The position numbers were made by a program, and so were the translations under genes. Source: the human T2T-CHM13v2.0 reference genome, Homo sapiens. Taken from it: DNA of 64,000 nt. The notes below the pieces were generated by a model. The model was not told the DNA's origin. It made no database searches and worked only from the letters and a program-made list of their open reading frames with translations. The stretch lies in the NCBI RefSeq assembly GCF_009914755.1, contig NC_060926.1; one strand, written 5' to 3'. Shown one piece after another: positions 47,943-63,119 of this stretch (positions are counted from its first letter, which is position 1; each line of letters opens with the position of its first letter).

Positions 47943-50900
47943 ATTTTCAAGGATTGTTTATGCACCTGGTACTCTGGCCATTTACTCACTCTCCTTGGCT
48001 CACAAGCACTTTTGTACCTTCTTGCTTTTGTTGAGATCCTTCCTCTGTTCCTTTCTGCTTTCTCAAAGCTGCATGTTCAAGTCTCACCTTTGCTTCAGGT
48101 CTCACCTGAAACCTTCCTTCATTCTATTCTCAAAGCTGAACATGTCTCTCCTCTGGTCCCCCCAGAACTATCCGTGTTCCCTGTGTCTCTGTTTTGCACT
48201 AGAATGATTCCTCTTCATGAACTGGAAGCTTCCAAAGGTGGAACTCTGTCTGATTTATCTTTAGCCCCTGACACCCCCATCTCCACTCCACCTCCCCCCA
48301 TCCCACAGAATCTACTTCTTGTATACAAAGAAGATACTGAATGAACATTTGGTCAATAAATATTGCTGAATAGATTTACCTTACTGTGACAATATTGATT
48401 TGATGGTGCAGCACTTGGGTAAGAAATGGTAGTAGAGTGCTCTCATAATTCTGTGCTTTTTTTTCCCCACCAAATTTCCCCTGATGACTTTTTGGTTTGG
48501 TGTTTTGTGTGTGAGGGGAGTAGAAAAAAAAGTTGCTCCTGGGTGTTACCATTTCGCTTTATATTAATAAGTGCTGAAAGAGAAAACATTCATACAGAAG
48601 ACAAAATACCTAATAATCAGAATGTCAGGTTGTCTGCCCAGCTGTCTCAATCCAGGTTGGGTTAGTAACTAAGGGAAAGGTTTCTATTACAGAAAATTCT
48701 GTTAGCATCCTTCACTGCCTGAAAAACTTTTTCCCCACCTTTCTGATGGAACCCTTTCCTATATCCTAGTAGGGAGAATCAAGAGCAAGAAGTAGCTGTG
48801 CTTAGAAGTAGATACCTTTTTAAAAATCTGATTTTTCTTAGCATGAGTTTTCAACTCCAAGCTGTCAAGATTCTGCATTAGAGGTTCACAGTGTACTTCT
48901 CTGTGGAACAGCTGGTCTAATTGGGCAAGTTTTGCTGTGGTGACATTAGGGCTCATTAGGCTTTCTCTTATCAGTGGTATAAGCTGTGAGATTTCCACCA
49001 AGCAGAAGGTTTAGGTTCTAAATGAGAAATATAGATTAGCATTTCACATAATGAAATAATGGACTTTAGTGTTACCTTTCTAGTGACAAAAGCAGGAACT
49101 TAAATCCATTGTAGGGTTCCTTGTTTAATCAATAAATAAACGAGAGACACAGAAGATTTATTTCTTCTGTGGCAACAAATACCATCATTTTTCTTAATTA
49201 TCCTTAGGTTTGCTTTTCCTGCTTTCAGATTCTTTGCAAGTTAAAAACTGCCTACACTAAGAAAGGGACATCAGATCTCTTTTTTTTTCTCCATCTCTTT
49301 CATACATATAGAGAGTTTTGCTTTTTTGCTGCGAGTCTTATGTTTCTTAATGAAAACCCAATAAAGTCAAAGGTTTCCCAAGGTTGTCCAGGAGGCCTTA
49401 AAGGCCAGAGGATCCAGCTGAGGAGGGAAATATCAAGGCAGATGTAGGAGAGAAAACAAATAGTTTGAACTTTGGATCCACAGATGGTTATGCCTGCCAA
49501 CTGTTATGAGCCAATGAATATCTGGCCTATCATTTGTCATATTTATTGCAGTACATAATGCTGTAATTTCTCATGGCATGGTTATTTATCTTGCTGTGTT
49601 CTCTGAACAGCAAAAATTGCAGCCATGTTGAAGCATATGTATACCTTTTGGGTTTCATCTTTAAATAGCAGTCATGCAAATTGGCACAGGCCTGCCCATC
49701 AAAGGACTGGGATTATAAATGTTGCAAAAGCAATGAGTTGTCAGATTATGGAAAATTCTGACAATAATTGAAACTATGCTCCCAGTCTTTTTCCTGTGTG
49801 CTTAACTACAGAGATTAAGGGAAACAGAAGCTCTCCCCTGCAGTTTGTTTTCTCTCCAAGGTGCCAGGGTGGCTTCCTAAAGTGGTGGCTTGCTAGAGTT
49901 GTGAATGCTCTATCTGGAGATCTCTCTGGAGCATGCAGAGACCTGTCCAATTTCACAGTAAGCAAATGGGCTCTGGAAAGAGGGGAGTTTGAGAATGGGA
50001 GGAAGAAGGCATGAGGTAAACTCAGTCACTGATTTCTGACAGCAGTCGTGGGGGCACTGTGACATCAAAAGGAGCAGCAGGAACACCTGTCTTTACTGGC
50101 ACCTCCGCGATTGGCAGTGGTGAGTCGTGAGTAGAGGCCACACGATGCCTTGTGACAGAAGGTGTGACTCACAGGTGGGCAGAGTCTTCAGGGCACTGTT
50201 GCTCACCTGGCACATCTCGTTATCCAGGATGATCATTGGGTCCAAATGAGCCTTGGAGTTGGGGCAAATTTGCGTGCACATTGAAGCCTCAGTGGGTGGC
50301 AGATGTGAAAATGTGGGTGCCTCCCATCCATACTGGATAAGCTGCATTCATTTCCTGGGCTGTAGAAACTCACAATCTGTTGTAGGCCCCTCTGCTGTTG
50401 GTGATGAAGGGCCTGTTGGGCATTGAGACTCCTGAGAACACAGGCAACTTCAAATCTCACTTAGGCATTGGTTTTCCTCACAATGGCTTCAATCAGAAAT
50501 GTTAACACTTACTATTCCAAAGGGTTCTGAGAGCGCTCTCTTCTTTCTTTCCCTGCAAGGCAATGAAATGGGCCTACAATGTTTAGCAGAAGACAGAAGA
50601 GACCCTGACATCATTCTAATTATTATTAAGGCTAACTTTAAAAGTCTGAAGTTTAAGGCATCAAAACCCTTAAGCCCTGGCTTAACCACTTTAGTCTCAC
50701 CTCTTACCACCTTTCGGTTCCTAGAATGGGTGAGGGTCCCTTCTGCCTCAGGACTCTGCACAGCCAAGACCCTAAAAGGCAAGATAACTCTGGAGAAAAA
50801 AGAAGGCTCTAAAAATGTAACCCTGATGGTATAATTCTAAATTGTTCCCTTTCCTCATGAAATAAAAAGAGTGGACTCTATGGAGTCTCTAAAGTTGGCT

Positions 50901-53900
50901 GAGGACCAACCACTTGGGTTGTCTTAAGTTTAAAAGGCTCTGCTCAAAGAAAGAAAAGATGGGCAGATGACCTAGTACAAACATGAAATACATGCAGGAA
51001 CCTGCATGAAGAGAGGCAGAAAGGTTAAGACTCAGAGAGAACAGAGACTTTTGAAAAAATACCAAAGAGGACAAGAGGCTTTTAAAATTATCTGCAGTGC
51101 TTAGTGCTTGTGGCAGTACAAGGTCAATGGACAACAACAAAAAAAGCCACTATTTTGAGTCCTCTTTTGCATCTGTCTCCTAGGTTAGACAGAATGCTTT
51201 TAAGAGTGGAAGAATAATTGGTAAGGGAACTGGAAGGCCAAGATATGTAAAAAGATCATCAGAGAGCCCTGCTCAGATATTTAAGTCTAGACACCTATGT
51301 CCACTTCCTAGGGAGACATGAATCACTCTGGATAGCACTTGAGGGAGCAGAGACATTGGGGGAAATGCAAGCAGCCCTGAATTGAATAAATGTCCCCATT
51401 TTCAAGAAAGGAGAGTATATTATTAAACAAATGATTTGTGTACATTTGAAAAGTGAGCAAAATTGGGAATGAGTACTATAGTCACGGAAGAAGGTTGCAG
51501 AGCTAAGGGAGCATAGCAGGGAGGCAAAGACAGAACTGGATTTAGTCAAATATGTGATGAGAGCAATGGGAAGGTAACATACACAAACTCTAGGATAGGC
51601 CATCTGTGCACAAAGAACAAAAATCCTTAACACGCGGCAGCAATTCAACTGTGGTTTTAGGCCTTGGTGATAGATGAGAGAATTGCGGTTCTCCTGAAGT
51701 TCCTCTAAGCAGGCCTCTTCTGCCCCTTTCAATACAGCCAGGCTTTAAAGGTGCTTTTCTAGGATATGACTCTTTACTCTTTGTCCTTCCTTCCTTTGAT
51801 CATCTCTTACACCCTAACTTGAACTGATAGGTTCAGTAGAAGAGCTATTTACATTGGAAAGGCAATTAAGAATAAATTAGGAAAGGTCTAGTTAGCAGCT
51901 GTTGGAAAAGTAGCTGAAAGAAGATTTGATAAATATATGCTTCCTGGTCACCTTGGGCAAGGTAATGACTCTCATCCTTGGTTTCTCCTCTCGGAAATGG
52001 GAGCAATAGCTAGGCAGCAATCAGATGTCTCTCACTCCAGGTTCCCTGCCCATACCCTTGCTTTTCTTGGTCTGTTCTTGGGCTTTCTATTAATTTTACT
52101 TTTGGTTTATTACCTAGCACATTTCATCAGATTCATAGGCATTTTGTTTCGCGACTACTCTAAATAAACAGCAAAGTCTCTTAAATCAGTGATATGTGAC
52201 AAGAAAAGAAAATGCAATAGCAATTCAGTCAGAGCATGTTTGGTCTAATTGTCTGCTGTTTAAACTATAGTAAATAATGTCAAGGTGCCCTTCTGTTTTC
52301 TGCATCTCCTCATAGCAGCTTATGCCCTATGTGATACAAATGAGAGACAGTGACTGAAAAGGGATGCAGGTTCTAGCAGGAGCTTTGCCACTAATAAGCA
52401 ATGTGACTTTGGACAAATCTTTTTACATCCTGGCATTGTTTCTTCATCAGCGCAGTAAATGCGTTGATCTATCTTATCTCCCAGGTTCTTTCCAAGTCCA
52501 GAATTTTAAAGAGCCCATGATTTAACGCCAAAAACTGTATTATGGGATGAGCTGACAGCATACATAAGTGCAAGTTGATTAGGGAAATGGCATGGAATTA
52601 TTTTTTAAATTGGCTTTCACAATAATAAATCATGGACTAAAGATACAGAGAAGAGAGATCATTTAATGTAAGTGTTCAAAGAAGCATAGCTTATTTTAAA
52701 CAACGGTTCAAAATAACCTTTCATTCTTTGCCCTTATATTTTTCCTAATGGATGGCCTAAAATGGATACTCAGCTTGAATAGTGGCTTTCATTCAATTTT
52801 AAGTCACCCTGTCATGTTGTGTTCTGCTACTTTCTACGTTAGCTGACATTGCAAGAGGTAGCACAATGCAGAATGAAGAGATAGAAATGTGACATGGCAT
52901 GTCTGAAACAATACTTGCTTTTTGCAGATCAGTTATCATTTAAAGGCTGGTATTTAGAAACATTCTTAGATAATTCAATATCTCTATGTCTCTGGTAGGA
53001 AGGATGTCAACCTGAGTTAATTTTTTTGTTTATCAGAAATGATAGGACAAGATGACATTAAAACGGTTGAAAGAAGCCATCCAGAATGCATATTAAAATA
53101 ATCAAGCAAATCTTTAAGGAGCTTAGGAGTTGCTTGGATTGATTTCCTGCAACCACAGAACTAAAGAATAAGTGATAATTGTCACAGACCATTGTCCAGA
53201 ATAAACCCAGATATTTCCCATTGTTATCCTTCATCCTGATATGTTACAGTTGGCTGTGACATCACAGTCTTCTGATTTTGATTGAAGTAAAATCTTGTGA
53301 AGGAAAAGTGCTCTACAGTGACTGGGGCTTAGTCATTTATTTGTTCCCTGAGTTTACTCAGGCTCACTAATTTGTAGGTACAATAGAGTCACATTATCAG
53401 TACTGTTCCAAATTTTGCAGGCTCTCACTGACACCCACTTAAACCATGTCTGTGCTCCCCTGAAATGGTCATTTCAGAGATTCTAACATATGCCTGTGAG
53501 ATGTCCAGTTGGTCTTCATGTGGTTGTTCCACTCTCTCAGTCAGGCACTGGAGTCTCCTGGTGGGCACATGAGGGATGTGACAGAGCCCTCTAAGTGGCC
53601 AAGCTGCAGGATGGTTTGCAACAAAGTGGGGGATGAGGTCTTTCTCCTGTTTTGTGTGTAAATCTTTTAAGGTATATCAACATTACATTGTTGGTGTCTC
53701 TTTCTGTATGGATTTTTAATGAAATAGGACCTTGAGGTTTTACCTGAAGCCCTCTCTTTTCCTGGGTACCAGACGGGCATCCAGCAGGAGAGAATGAGAA
53801 GTAAGTGCCAGCTTGGGTTCTTTCATCAGCAACCAAGGCAGTGTTTTGGGGTCATTTTTATCTTTTAGGATGACTTTCTTTGGAAATTTCTTCATTCTCT

Positions 53901-54157
53901 GAAGCAAATAAACTTTAATCAGGTCTTCCTTATCAGTTTTCCTGAGATGTCCAGATAGAATTTTCTGAAATGCAGTGGCAACATAGCCTCAAGTTGGAAT
54001 CTCTAAACCTGTTCATTCAACAAACATTTTCTGGGCATAGTTTTTGTGCAAAAGACTCTCTTTGCCTTTTTATTCCTCTTTTTCCTAAATAATTTTTTTT
54101 TCTTTGGAACTGGCTTAAGTAAAAGAGTTGACATTTAGGACTTCTCTTAACAGAGAC

Positions 54158-54534
54158 TGTATTAGTCCATTCTCACACTGCTCATAAAGACATAGCTGAG
54201 ACTGAGTAATTTATAAAGGAAAGATGTTTAATTGACTCATAGTTCAGCATGACTGGGGAGGCCTCAGGAAACTTACAATCATGGTGGAAAAGGAAGCAAA
54301 CATGTCCTTCTTCATACGGCAGCAGAAAAGGAGAAGTGCAGAGTGAAGAGGGGAAGAGCACCTTATAAAATCATCAGATCTCATGAGAACTCTTTCACTA
54401 TCACAAGAAGAGCATGGGGGAAACCACCCTCATTATTCAATTACTTTTCACTGGGTCCTTCCCATCACATGTGGGGATTATGGGAACTACGGTTCAAGAT
54501 GAGATTTGGGTAGGGAAACATCCACATCACATCA
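54158..54534 (-). mobile_element. THE1-family MaLR solo LTR
   Basis: TGTATTAGTCCATTCTCACACTGCT...GAGATTTGGGTAGGG...ATCA, 377 bp, with perfect 5-bp TSD GAGAC (54153-54157 / 54535-54539). Confidence 0.93.
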
Positions 54535-55825
54535 GAGACTACGAAGACATTTTCAAATAAAGCACAATTAGTAAGGGATGTACTTTTGAAATGTGGGTTT
54601 CTACAGCCAGTGCTTTTATTTACACAGAGGGCCATTACTAAATGCTTTGATTTAACTGGCTGATTAGACATCTTTGTAGAGGAAGAGGAATAATTAGAAA
54701 ACTGCAGAAGTATTTGAACTCTCCAGAAAAAGCCAATGATTGATCTTTTGTAATTTATTGTTGAAGTAGATCTATGTTTATCCAGGGAAAGCATGTTTGG
54801 TTGTTTTTGAATTGCCTAGCATTTTTATTGATATTTATTTTAGAATCAGAATGTTATTATAGTAAATTATTTTTCATATGTATCCCAGTACAAAATTGTT
54901 TTATTGCATTGCATATAATCATATTTTGCATGAACGGAGTATGAGATTTACTTAATATTTATTTTTGCCTGCACATTGCTACCAAAAATTACCACCATTT
55001 AAAAAGAGCTTTGTGCTTACAGCCATCCATAAATTGCATGTTAACATTAATGGACTACAATGTTGATTTAGAAATGGCTAAGTACTGACATATTTTATAT
55101 AATCATTTATATAACATTCTCAATTTCAATAAAGAATGCCTGCTGTCTAATTGTGTCCCTGCAATGTATGGTAGTTCTTCATATTAATGGCAAAATATCG
55201 TTGCCCTTCATGTTTGGAAATGATGTTACTGACAAAGATCTTTAGGAATGTATCTACCAGATCAATAGGTGATCAATAGTTTTCTGTACTCCGTGTGGAA
55301 AATACCATAGTCACTACAAGCAGAGTCTAAAATTTTTTTAGCTGTGTCTTAAAGTTGTGGGTTCCATATACAAATTATTGTATGGACTTAAATAATTAAT
55401 CAAGAAATAGTCTAGTGGATATACATGTACACACAATACCTTGGTTTTTCATCTTAACAGACTTTTGTTCAAAAGGTCGTCCCACTTCTTTTTCTGTGAA
55501 GTTGTGTGGTCAACTTAAAGCATTGCCTATCTATATCCCAGTCCATGCTTTTGGCAATATCTACTGCAATATGTGAAGACTGAAACAATTAAGAACTACA
55601 GTTTATTTCTATATACTTCACCTCTTTCCCTCTCTCAGATTATTTTGGAACAAATCCCAAATCAATTCATCTGCAAATATTCCAGAGTGTATCTTAAAAT
55701 AAGAATTATCTCTCTCTCACTCTCTTTTAAACATAACACAATACAATGATCAAATCTAAAAAAACAATTTAATCATCTTTCTTCTGTATCATCAATACGC
55801 ATTCAGTGTCTTTGTTTCCTGCCTG

Positions 55826-56245
55826 GTCTTTTGTGGTCTCCAAGTCACATTTGCCTGCCCTGATGGAAGTCAGCCTCACGGTTCTGTATGAACTCAGGCT
55901 CACTCAGTGTCTCATTCAAGCATGCATCCCAAGCCTTTCTGCACCAAGGCAGACAGCACACCACTGGGCCAAACTACAATGCATCCAAAAAGTGAGGGGA
56001 TAAAAGCCCAAGGATAACACTGACCTAATGGGGACAGGAGCCTGTAGAGCAGGGTTCCAGCCTCCTATCCTTCGAATAGACAATTCCTGGCAGACTGCCG
56101 CATGCTTCTCGGAGGTCCAGCAAAATCAGCCCCCTGTGCCTATAGTGGCAACCTCCCTAATGCACTTCTGTTGGCTTTTCCTCCTTTCCAGTAAGATTTT
56201 CCTTATTCCCACAGTTCTCTTTCTTGGAATTAAATCTCAAGTCCG
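55826..56245 (+). mobile_element. LTR16-like ERVL LTR
   Basis: GACCTAATGGGGACAGGAGCCTG...CAGCCTCCTATCCTTC...GACAATTC...TTGGCTTTTCCTCCTTTCC motifs. Confidence 0.5.
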
Positions 56246-56344
56246 TGAGGTATGCAAATTATGATATCCCATACTTTTAATAGTTTGAATTCAGATCCAA
56301 ATAACATTGCAATATGTTGATATGCAACTGAATTCACTTTCAAA

Positions 56345-57320
<976 letters not shown>

Positions 57321-57479
57321 CTTAATTCTCTTCTGATTAGTAAATTTCTCCTCCATTTTCTTGCTTCTATCTCTGTTTTCCTCTCTTTCTCTTTTTAAAG
57401 AAACATGATTGTCCTGTTTTTCCATAATCAGGGTTTTTCTGACTATGTGCCTATACTGTCAATTTATAATGCAAAACTT

Positions 57480-58345
57480 ATAAAAATCCTTTAATTCTGA
57501 ATTTGAATGGGAAGTATCAGTGTGGTCTGGATACATGACATATTTTTGCCTTTTTCCAAATTACACACTTCCTACTTCTGTTTTCTGTAAAGGCCTAGAA
57601 CAATAACCAATCCAGCAGCAAATGAGCACCACCAGCTCATAGATTAGGGTCTCTAAAACCAGGACATTTTGGAAAAGAGGCTGATTTAAGGAGCAGGAAA
57701 ACAGGGCTGTCTGGGGCAGGAAATGTACAAGATAAGGAGGGAAATCTTGTCATATTTGAAAGCAAAGCTACTATCAAAGACTGTAGGAATTGTTTTAATA
57801 GGACTCTGGAGCCAATTTGAGCAGGTTGCCACTGATCAAGGATGGACTAACTTGTGCATCAGTAAAGATAATAGTTGCAATGGATTACAACATATCAAAT
57901 ATATTTAAATAAATGCATTCATAATGATGCTAAAAGAGAAGAGAAAAACTCATTGCTCACCTTTGAAGGATGCTATGGGTCCAGTTCATTACTTTGAGAA
58001 CTGGTAAGTAAATTGATAGAATCCAGCTTTTATTCTTCTTTTCCTATGCTAAATGTACCTAAAGCAATCACATTATTAATAAGGAATGATTTCTCTTTAT
58101 AAACCATTCAAGTTAATAAATGAAGAAAAACCTACTACAATAGCATTTTGCAGCTCCTACGGACTTGAAGGAGCTGGGCATTGAGCAGCAATGGCTGCTG
58201 GCATCATGAAAGGGAAGATGGCCAGACAGTACGTGCCTCTCAATGGAAGTTCACAACACCACCTCTGATGTAGTCCTGCCAAAAAAGGAACACTTGAATC
58301 ATATTAAGCCTACAGACTTATCTACCAATTTGTAGGAAATATAGG
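57480..58345 (+). mobile_element. L1MC-type LINE-1 3' region
   Basis: GGCCTAGAACAAT...CAGCAGCAAATGAGCACC...GGTCTCTAAAACC...GTTGCAATGGATT...TCTACCAATTTGTAGGAAATA motifs. Confidence 0.6.
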
Positions 58346-59324
58346 AAAGGGGAATGATTATTAATATGTTTTTCCTTAATTTATTTTTCATAATCCCTGA
58401 AAAAAATAGAAATTGAACTGTGAATGGATGCATATTCATTTTGAAAACTAAACCTGAATGTCTGTAGATATTCACACAAAAGTATACAGGTGTCTGCCTA
58501 GTTCAGATTTTTGTCTTAGGAAGGGGTTAATCTTAGTGGCAAAGGAGCCATTTTTAAAGAGGTTGACACTTAACAGGATGTCTATTATTTCTTCTGACAT
58601 CCTATCTTCTTATCTTGCTTTTAGTTATGTGGAGTAAGATGAAAGAAAATTGTTAACACTCCATAGCACTGTGTGCTTGGTTTTAGTAATCTCAGCTGTG
58701 ATTTAGATATTGTAAATGTTTTCCTCTCTAAAAAGGGGAAAAAATGTGAGACTCAAATAAAAAGCCAACAGGGAGAGGGGCAGATAAATTGCATTCCATA
58801 GTGTTCAGTTTTGTGACTGCAAGATTAATCCTATTAATTATCTTGTCTTCTGACCTTATGTAGTTTGGATTCTTTGTTCGCTACCTCTTGAATACACACA
58901 TCTTTCAGTGAATAGTAAAAATCTGAAAATTTTGAAATGTTAAGTTAAAAGCTATTTGCTTCACTTGGAAACCAAAGAAGAATTGTAGGAGTTCTCCCCC
59001 ATATCAAGTCCAGGAATATTTGATTTTTTTCAGTTTAATGACTAATACAGAATTCTTTTTGTGTGTGTGAGCAAGCTGCAAATTTCAAGATGACTCATAA
59101 TGAATCTTCATCTGAAGGCTAGTTACTTACTGCTTGTCTTGAATCTATTTATGATTAATACTTATTGCTAAAGATCTGTTGTGTAGTGTCAATTCATTCC
59201 TTCAAACATTTTACACTGTTTTATTAAATATATATTGAGCAACAGCTATATATCAGGTACCGTATTGGGTCATAGGACTATAGCAGTGAATAAGATCTGT
59301 ACATTCTGTCCTCTCTTGGAAGTT

Positions 59325-59770
59325 CTCGTTTGGTGAGTTTTTCAGGAAAGCATATGCCAAGATGTAATTAGAACTGTAAGAGATTTATTGAAGGCAATAC
59401 CCATGAGGGATAACTGAGAAAGGGAATGGGAGTATATGCAGAGAGCCTCAGACCATGATGCACGCCTGACAATTTTGCAGAAGGAAAAGACGAAGGAAGG
59501 AGGATTAGGTGGAAAGAACCTAAGACTACAGTGCAGGTCTGCGAAAGTCTCAGCTAGGCTGATGGGGAGCCCTGAGCAAAAATTGCTTTTTAGAAGAGTC
59601 CCACATTGGCCAATACTGGCCCAGCTCTAATGCCTCTGCTGCGTTGAGTTACCGGCTCAGAGCAGCCCTGAAAGCATATGGTCTGTGTTGCACACCATGG
59701 TGGATCTGGGGGATATGACAGCAGGAGGCTGTCAGCTAACTGCACAGGCCCTTTCCTGATGGGCCATCTG
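59325..59770 (-). mobile_element. LTR16-like ERVL LTR
   Basis: AGAGCCTCAGACCATGATGCA...AAAGTCTCAGCTAGGCTGATGGGGAGCCCTGAGCAAA motifs; inserted in an L2. Confidence 0.65.
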
Positions 59771-59869
59771 AAAGGTACATTGTTGAATGGATACAAGGGT
59801 GAAACATATTACAGTAAGTATACTATGGAGGTATTTTAGTAGTATAGCAGGACAAGTTTATATGCATTT

Positions 59870-60348
59870 ACTTTTCTTCCAGTGCTCTGCTCTGGGTCAT
59901 AGCAAGCAATGTTACCAAAATTCTTTTGCCCTAGGCCTATTAGATAGGGTCAGCCACTGGCAGGAACTGGCAGGAGATTGAAACGTGGAAGAGAGGAGAA
60001 TTCAATTTATTTTCCCCTTCTTTATTTGTCTCCCCTCATCTCTCCAGCAATAGCTGCATCTCTTGTTTCCAGATCCTATCACAGTTCCTCACTTTGTGGT
60101 CCTAACTGTCTCTGAACAGCCATGGTCTCTCTCTGAGACACTGCTTGTGGCCACTGTCCTTTTATTCCATAGAGATTAAAGATCGTACTAGAAACTTCCT
60201 GCTGTTACCAGTCTCTGTGTTGCTTCACTGCCCCCTATTTGGCTTCCCAACACTTTCATCACCTTTGCTAACCAATTCCTTGTATTAGGTCCCCTTATTC
60301 TGAAATATATAGAGTGCTCTAATTTCCTGGTTATACCCTGATGGACAG
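59870..60348 (+). mobile_element. LTR33-like ERVL LTR
   Basis: GGCAGGAGATTG...TTTATTTCCCC...CTTCCTGCTGTTACCAGTCTCTG...TTTCCTGGTTATACCCTGA motifs. Confidence 0.55.
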
Positions 60349-61969
60349 ACCTAGTCTGAAAGGGGTGAAAAGAGAGATCTCCTTAATGAAATGACATTTA
60401 AGCTAAAACCTGAGGTATGATTGGAGCTATCATAAATGAACTGAACGTGGCACTATCACTAGTTCAGTAGTAGTGCATTATCTTTTATACTATTTGTTTA
60501 TTTTCAAAACAATTTAACAGCAAAAAGTACAGATTCTTGAACTGCAGGGACTGGGTTCAAATCTGAGTATCTGCCACTTTCTAAATATGTGACCTCAGGT
60601 GGGTTATCAAATTCCTTGTGCTTCAGTGTTCCTTTTTTTGTTAAATAAATAAAACAATAACTTCACCTTTTATGGAAGCTATGAGAAGTCAATAAGTTAA
60701 TATGTATAGGCAGCTTAATGTTTGTTATTCTTTTTCACACACATCGCAGGACTTTGGCAGAAACTGTACTATGTCAATGTGCATGTTGAGCCTTCAGGAA
60801 GATAATATTGAATATGGAGTAGACACTGCTTCATTTTTTTTCTAAAATCTAATGTTTCAGGGGAGATGTTTGAGGACAGCCTGGTTTTTTGTTACTTATT
60901 CTGGGTCACCTTCTCTTTCTGCCTGTATTCTTGTGGGTTTCTTTCTCATCCTAAAAATTCAGTAAGTTTATTAGGATACGTAAAGCTGTTGGTCACTTTT
61001 AATAAGTTTTGCTTAATGTACAGGTATGTCTTATTCTTTTCCAGGTTTGTTTATTCTTTCCTTTTGGGAGAGGTTTTTGCTTTTTTTTTTTTTTTTTTTT
61101 AATTATACCATAGACGTTTTTCTGTTACATTAGTCTGGGGGAAGCCAGTGTTTTCCCTTCAATTTACAAATTGACTCAGTAAATTCACTTGGCATTTTAT
61201 CTAAAATGTACCAGGGTCTTATGACTAAGGTAACAGATTATGGCACATGCCATCTAAATTAAGGCCAAATATGGAGATATTTTTATCTTTCTTTGGACAC
61301 TTAATGACCTGTCTGATATAGACAGGACTCTGTGCAGTTGTTAGAGCTTGGGTGATTAATTGGAATCTGCTTGGTCAGTTAGAAAGCTGAGTTTGCTCTC
61401 ATAGCCCATTGATTCTTTTCTATTTTCCCCTGTCCCTTACCTTTTCTGTTGTTGTTGTTGTTGTTTTCTCTTCCTCATTTGGAGAAGTCCACAGTTTCAC
61501 TTACAAGGAATAGCAGACTTACTAGGCCACATTAGTGATTAATACAGTTCTGGGTTATGGCCAATAATAAGCTACAAATTTCCATATATCATAGAAACAA
61601 TAAAAACTTAACTGGGCAAAGAAACTTGGAGGTTGATTTGCTCATAGTAGAGATCCAAACTATTGTTATTCTTTCATTGGCTACATTGGCTCTGGAGCTA
61701 CCACAAAGGAACATCTTGGGAATGAGCATTATAATTCAGGATAACCAGGACTTTCAGAACCATTGTTCCATGGCAACATCAAGGTAAGTAAGAGCATGCA
61801 TTCTGGAGAAAGATAAATGGGGCTCAAGTTCCTGTTCTTCCTTCTCCTAACTGTAACTGTTGACCAATTACTTAATCATGCTAAGCTGTAAGTTACTAAC
61901 TAGTACAATGGAGATGAGAATAGAACTTTCCTCATAGGACTGTTAGTGGCTATGAAATTAGATAATGCC

Positions 61970-62411
<442 letters not shown>

Positions 62412-62702
62412 CTAATAAATACATTTATTCTCTTTCAAGACAAGAAATTAGAGTTGCTACTTTCAAATTTGATTCCTGAGGAAAACAACCCACAATATGG
62501 GCATGGGGATCAATGAATTGAACATTTGAGCTAGCATTCAGTTTTTAGCAAGGGTGAACTAGAAGAGAATGCTCAAAGTGTAAAACCCTATTTCTTAAGT
62601 GGCTTTGGACTGGACTCTTCTATTTTTTTCATCAGAGAAGATCAACTATCTAGTTGTCAGATTTCTGCTGCTTGCTCTTCTATTTTGTTCTTTTCCTCTG
62701 AC

Positions 62703-63119
62703 TTTTATGGTTTAAATGTCGTTTGTCCTGACCAAAACTCATGTTGAGGCTTGGTCTCCAATATAGTGGTATTGGGAAGTGGTGCCTTTAAAAGGTGATT
62801 AGGTCATTAAGAGGGATTAATGCCTTTCACATGAGAGTGAGTTCTTGCTGTCAAGGGGCTGAACTAGTTACACTGAGAGGGTATTGTTATAAAACAAGGC
62901 TGCCTCTGATGTTTGATCTCTTTGCACATGCCTGCTTCCTCTTCCTCCTCTCCACCATGTTATAATGCAGCAAGAGGCTCTTCCCAGTAGCCAACCAGAT
63001 GCAGCCTCCTGATCTTGGACCTCCCAGCCTCCAGAATTCCAAGCTAAATAAACTTCATTTCTTTGTAAATTACCTAGTCTCAGGTATTATATTATAGCAA
63101 CGGGAAATGAACCATGACA
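62703..63119 (+). mobile_element. MST-family MaLR solo LTR
   Basis: TATGGTTTAAATGT...AAAACTCATGTTGAG...GGACCTCCCAGCCTCCAGAA...AAATAAAC...TATAGCAAC, with TSD CTGAC / CTGAT. Confidence 0.85.
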
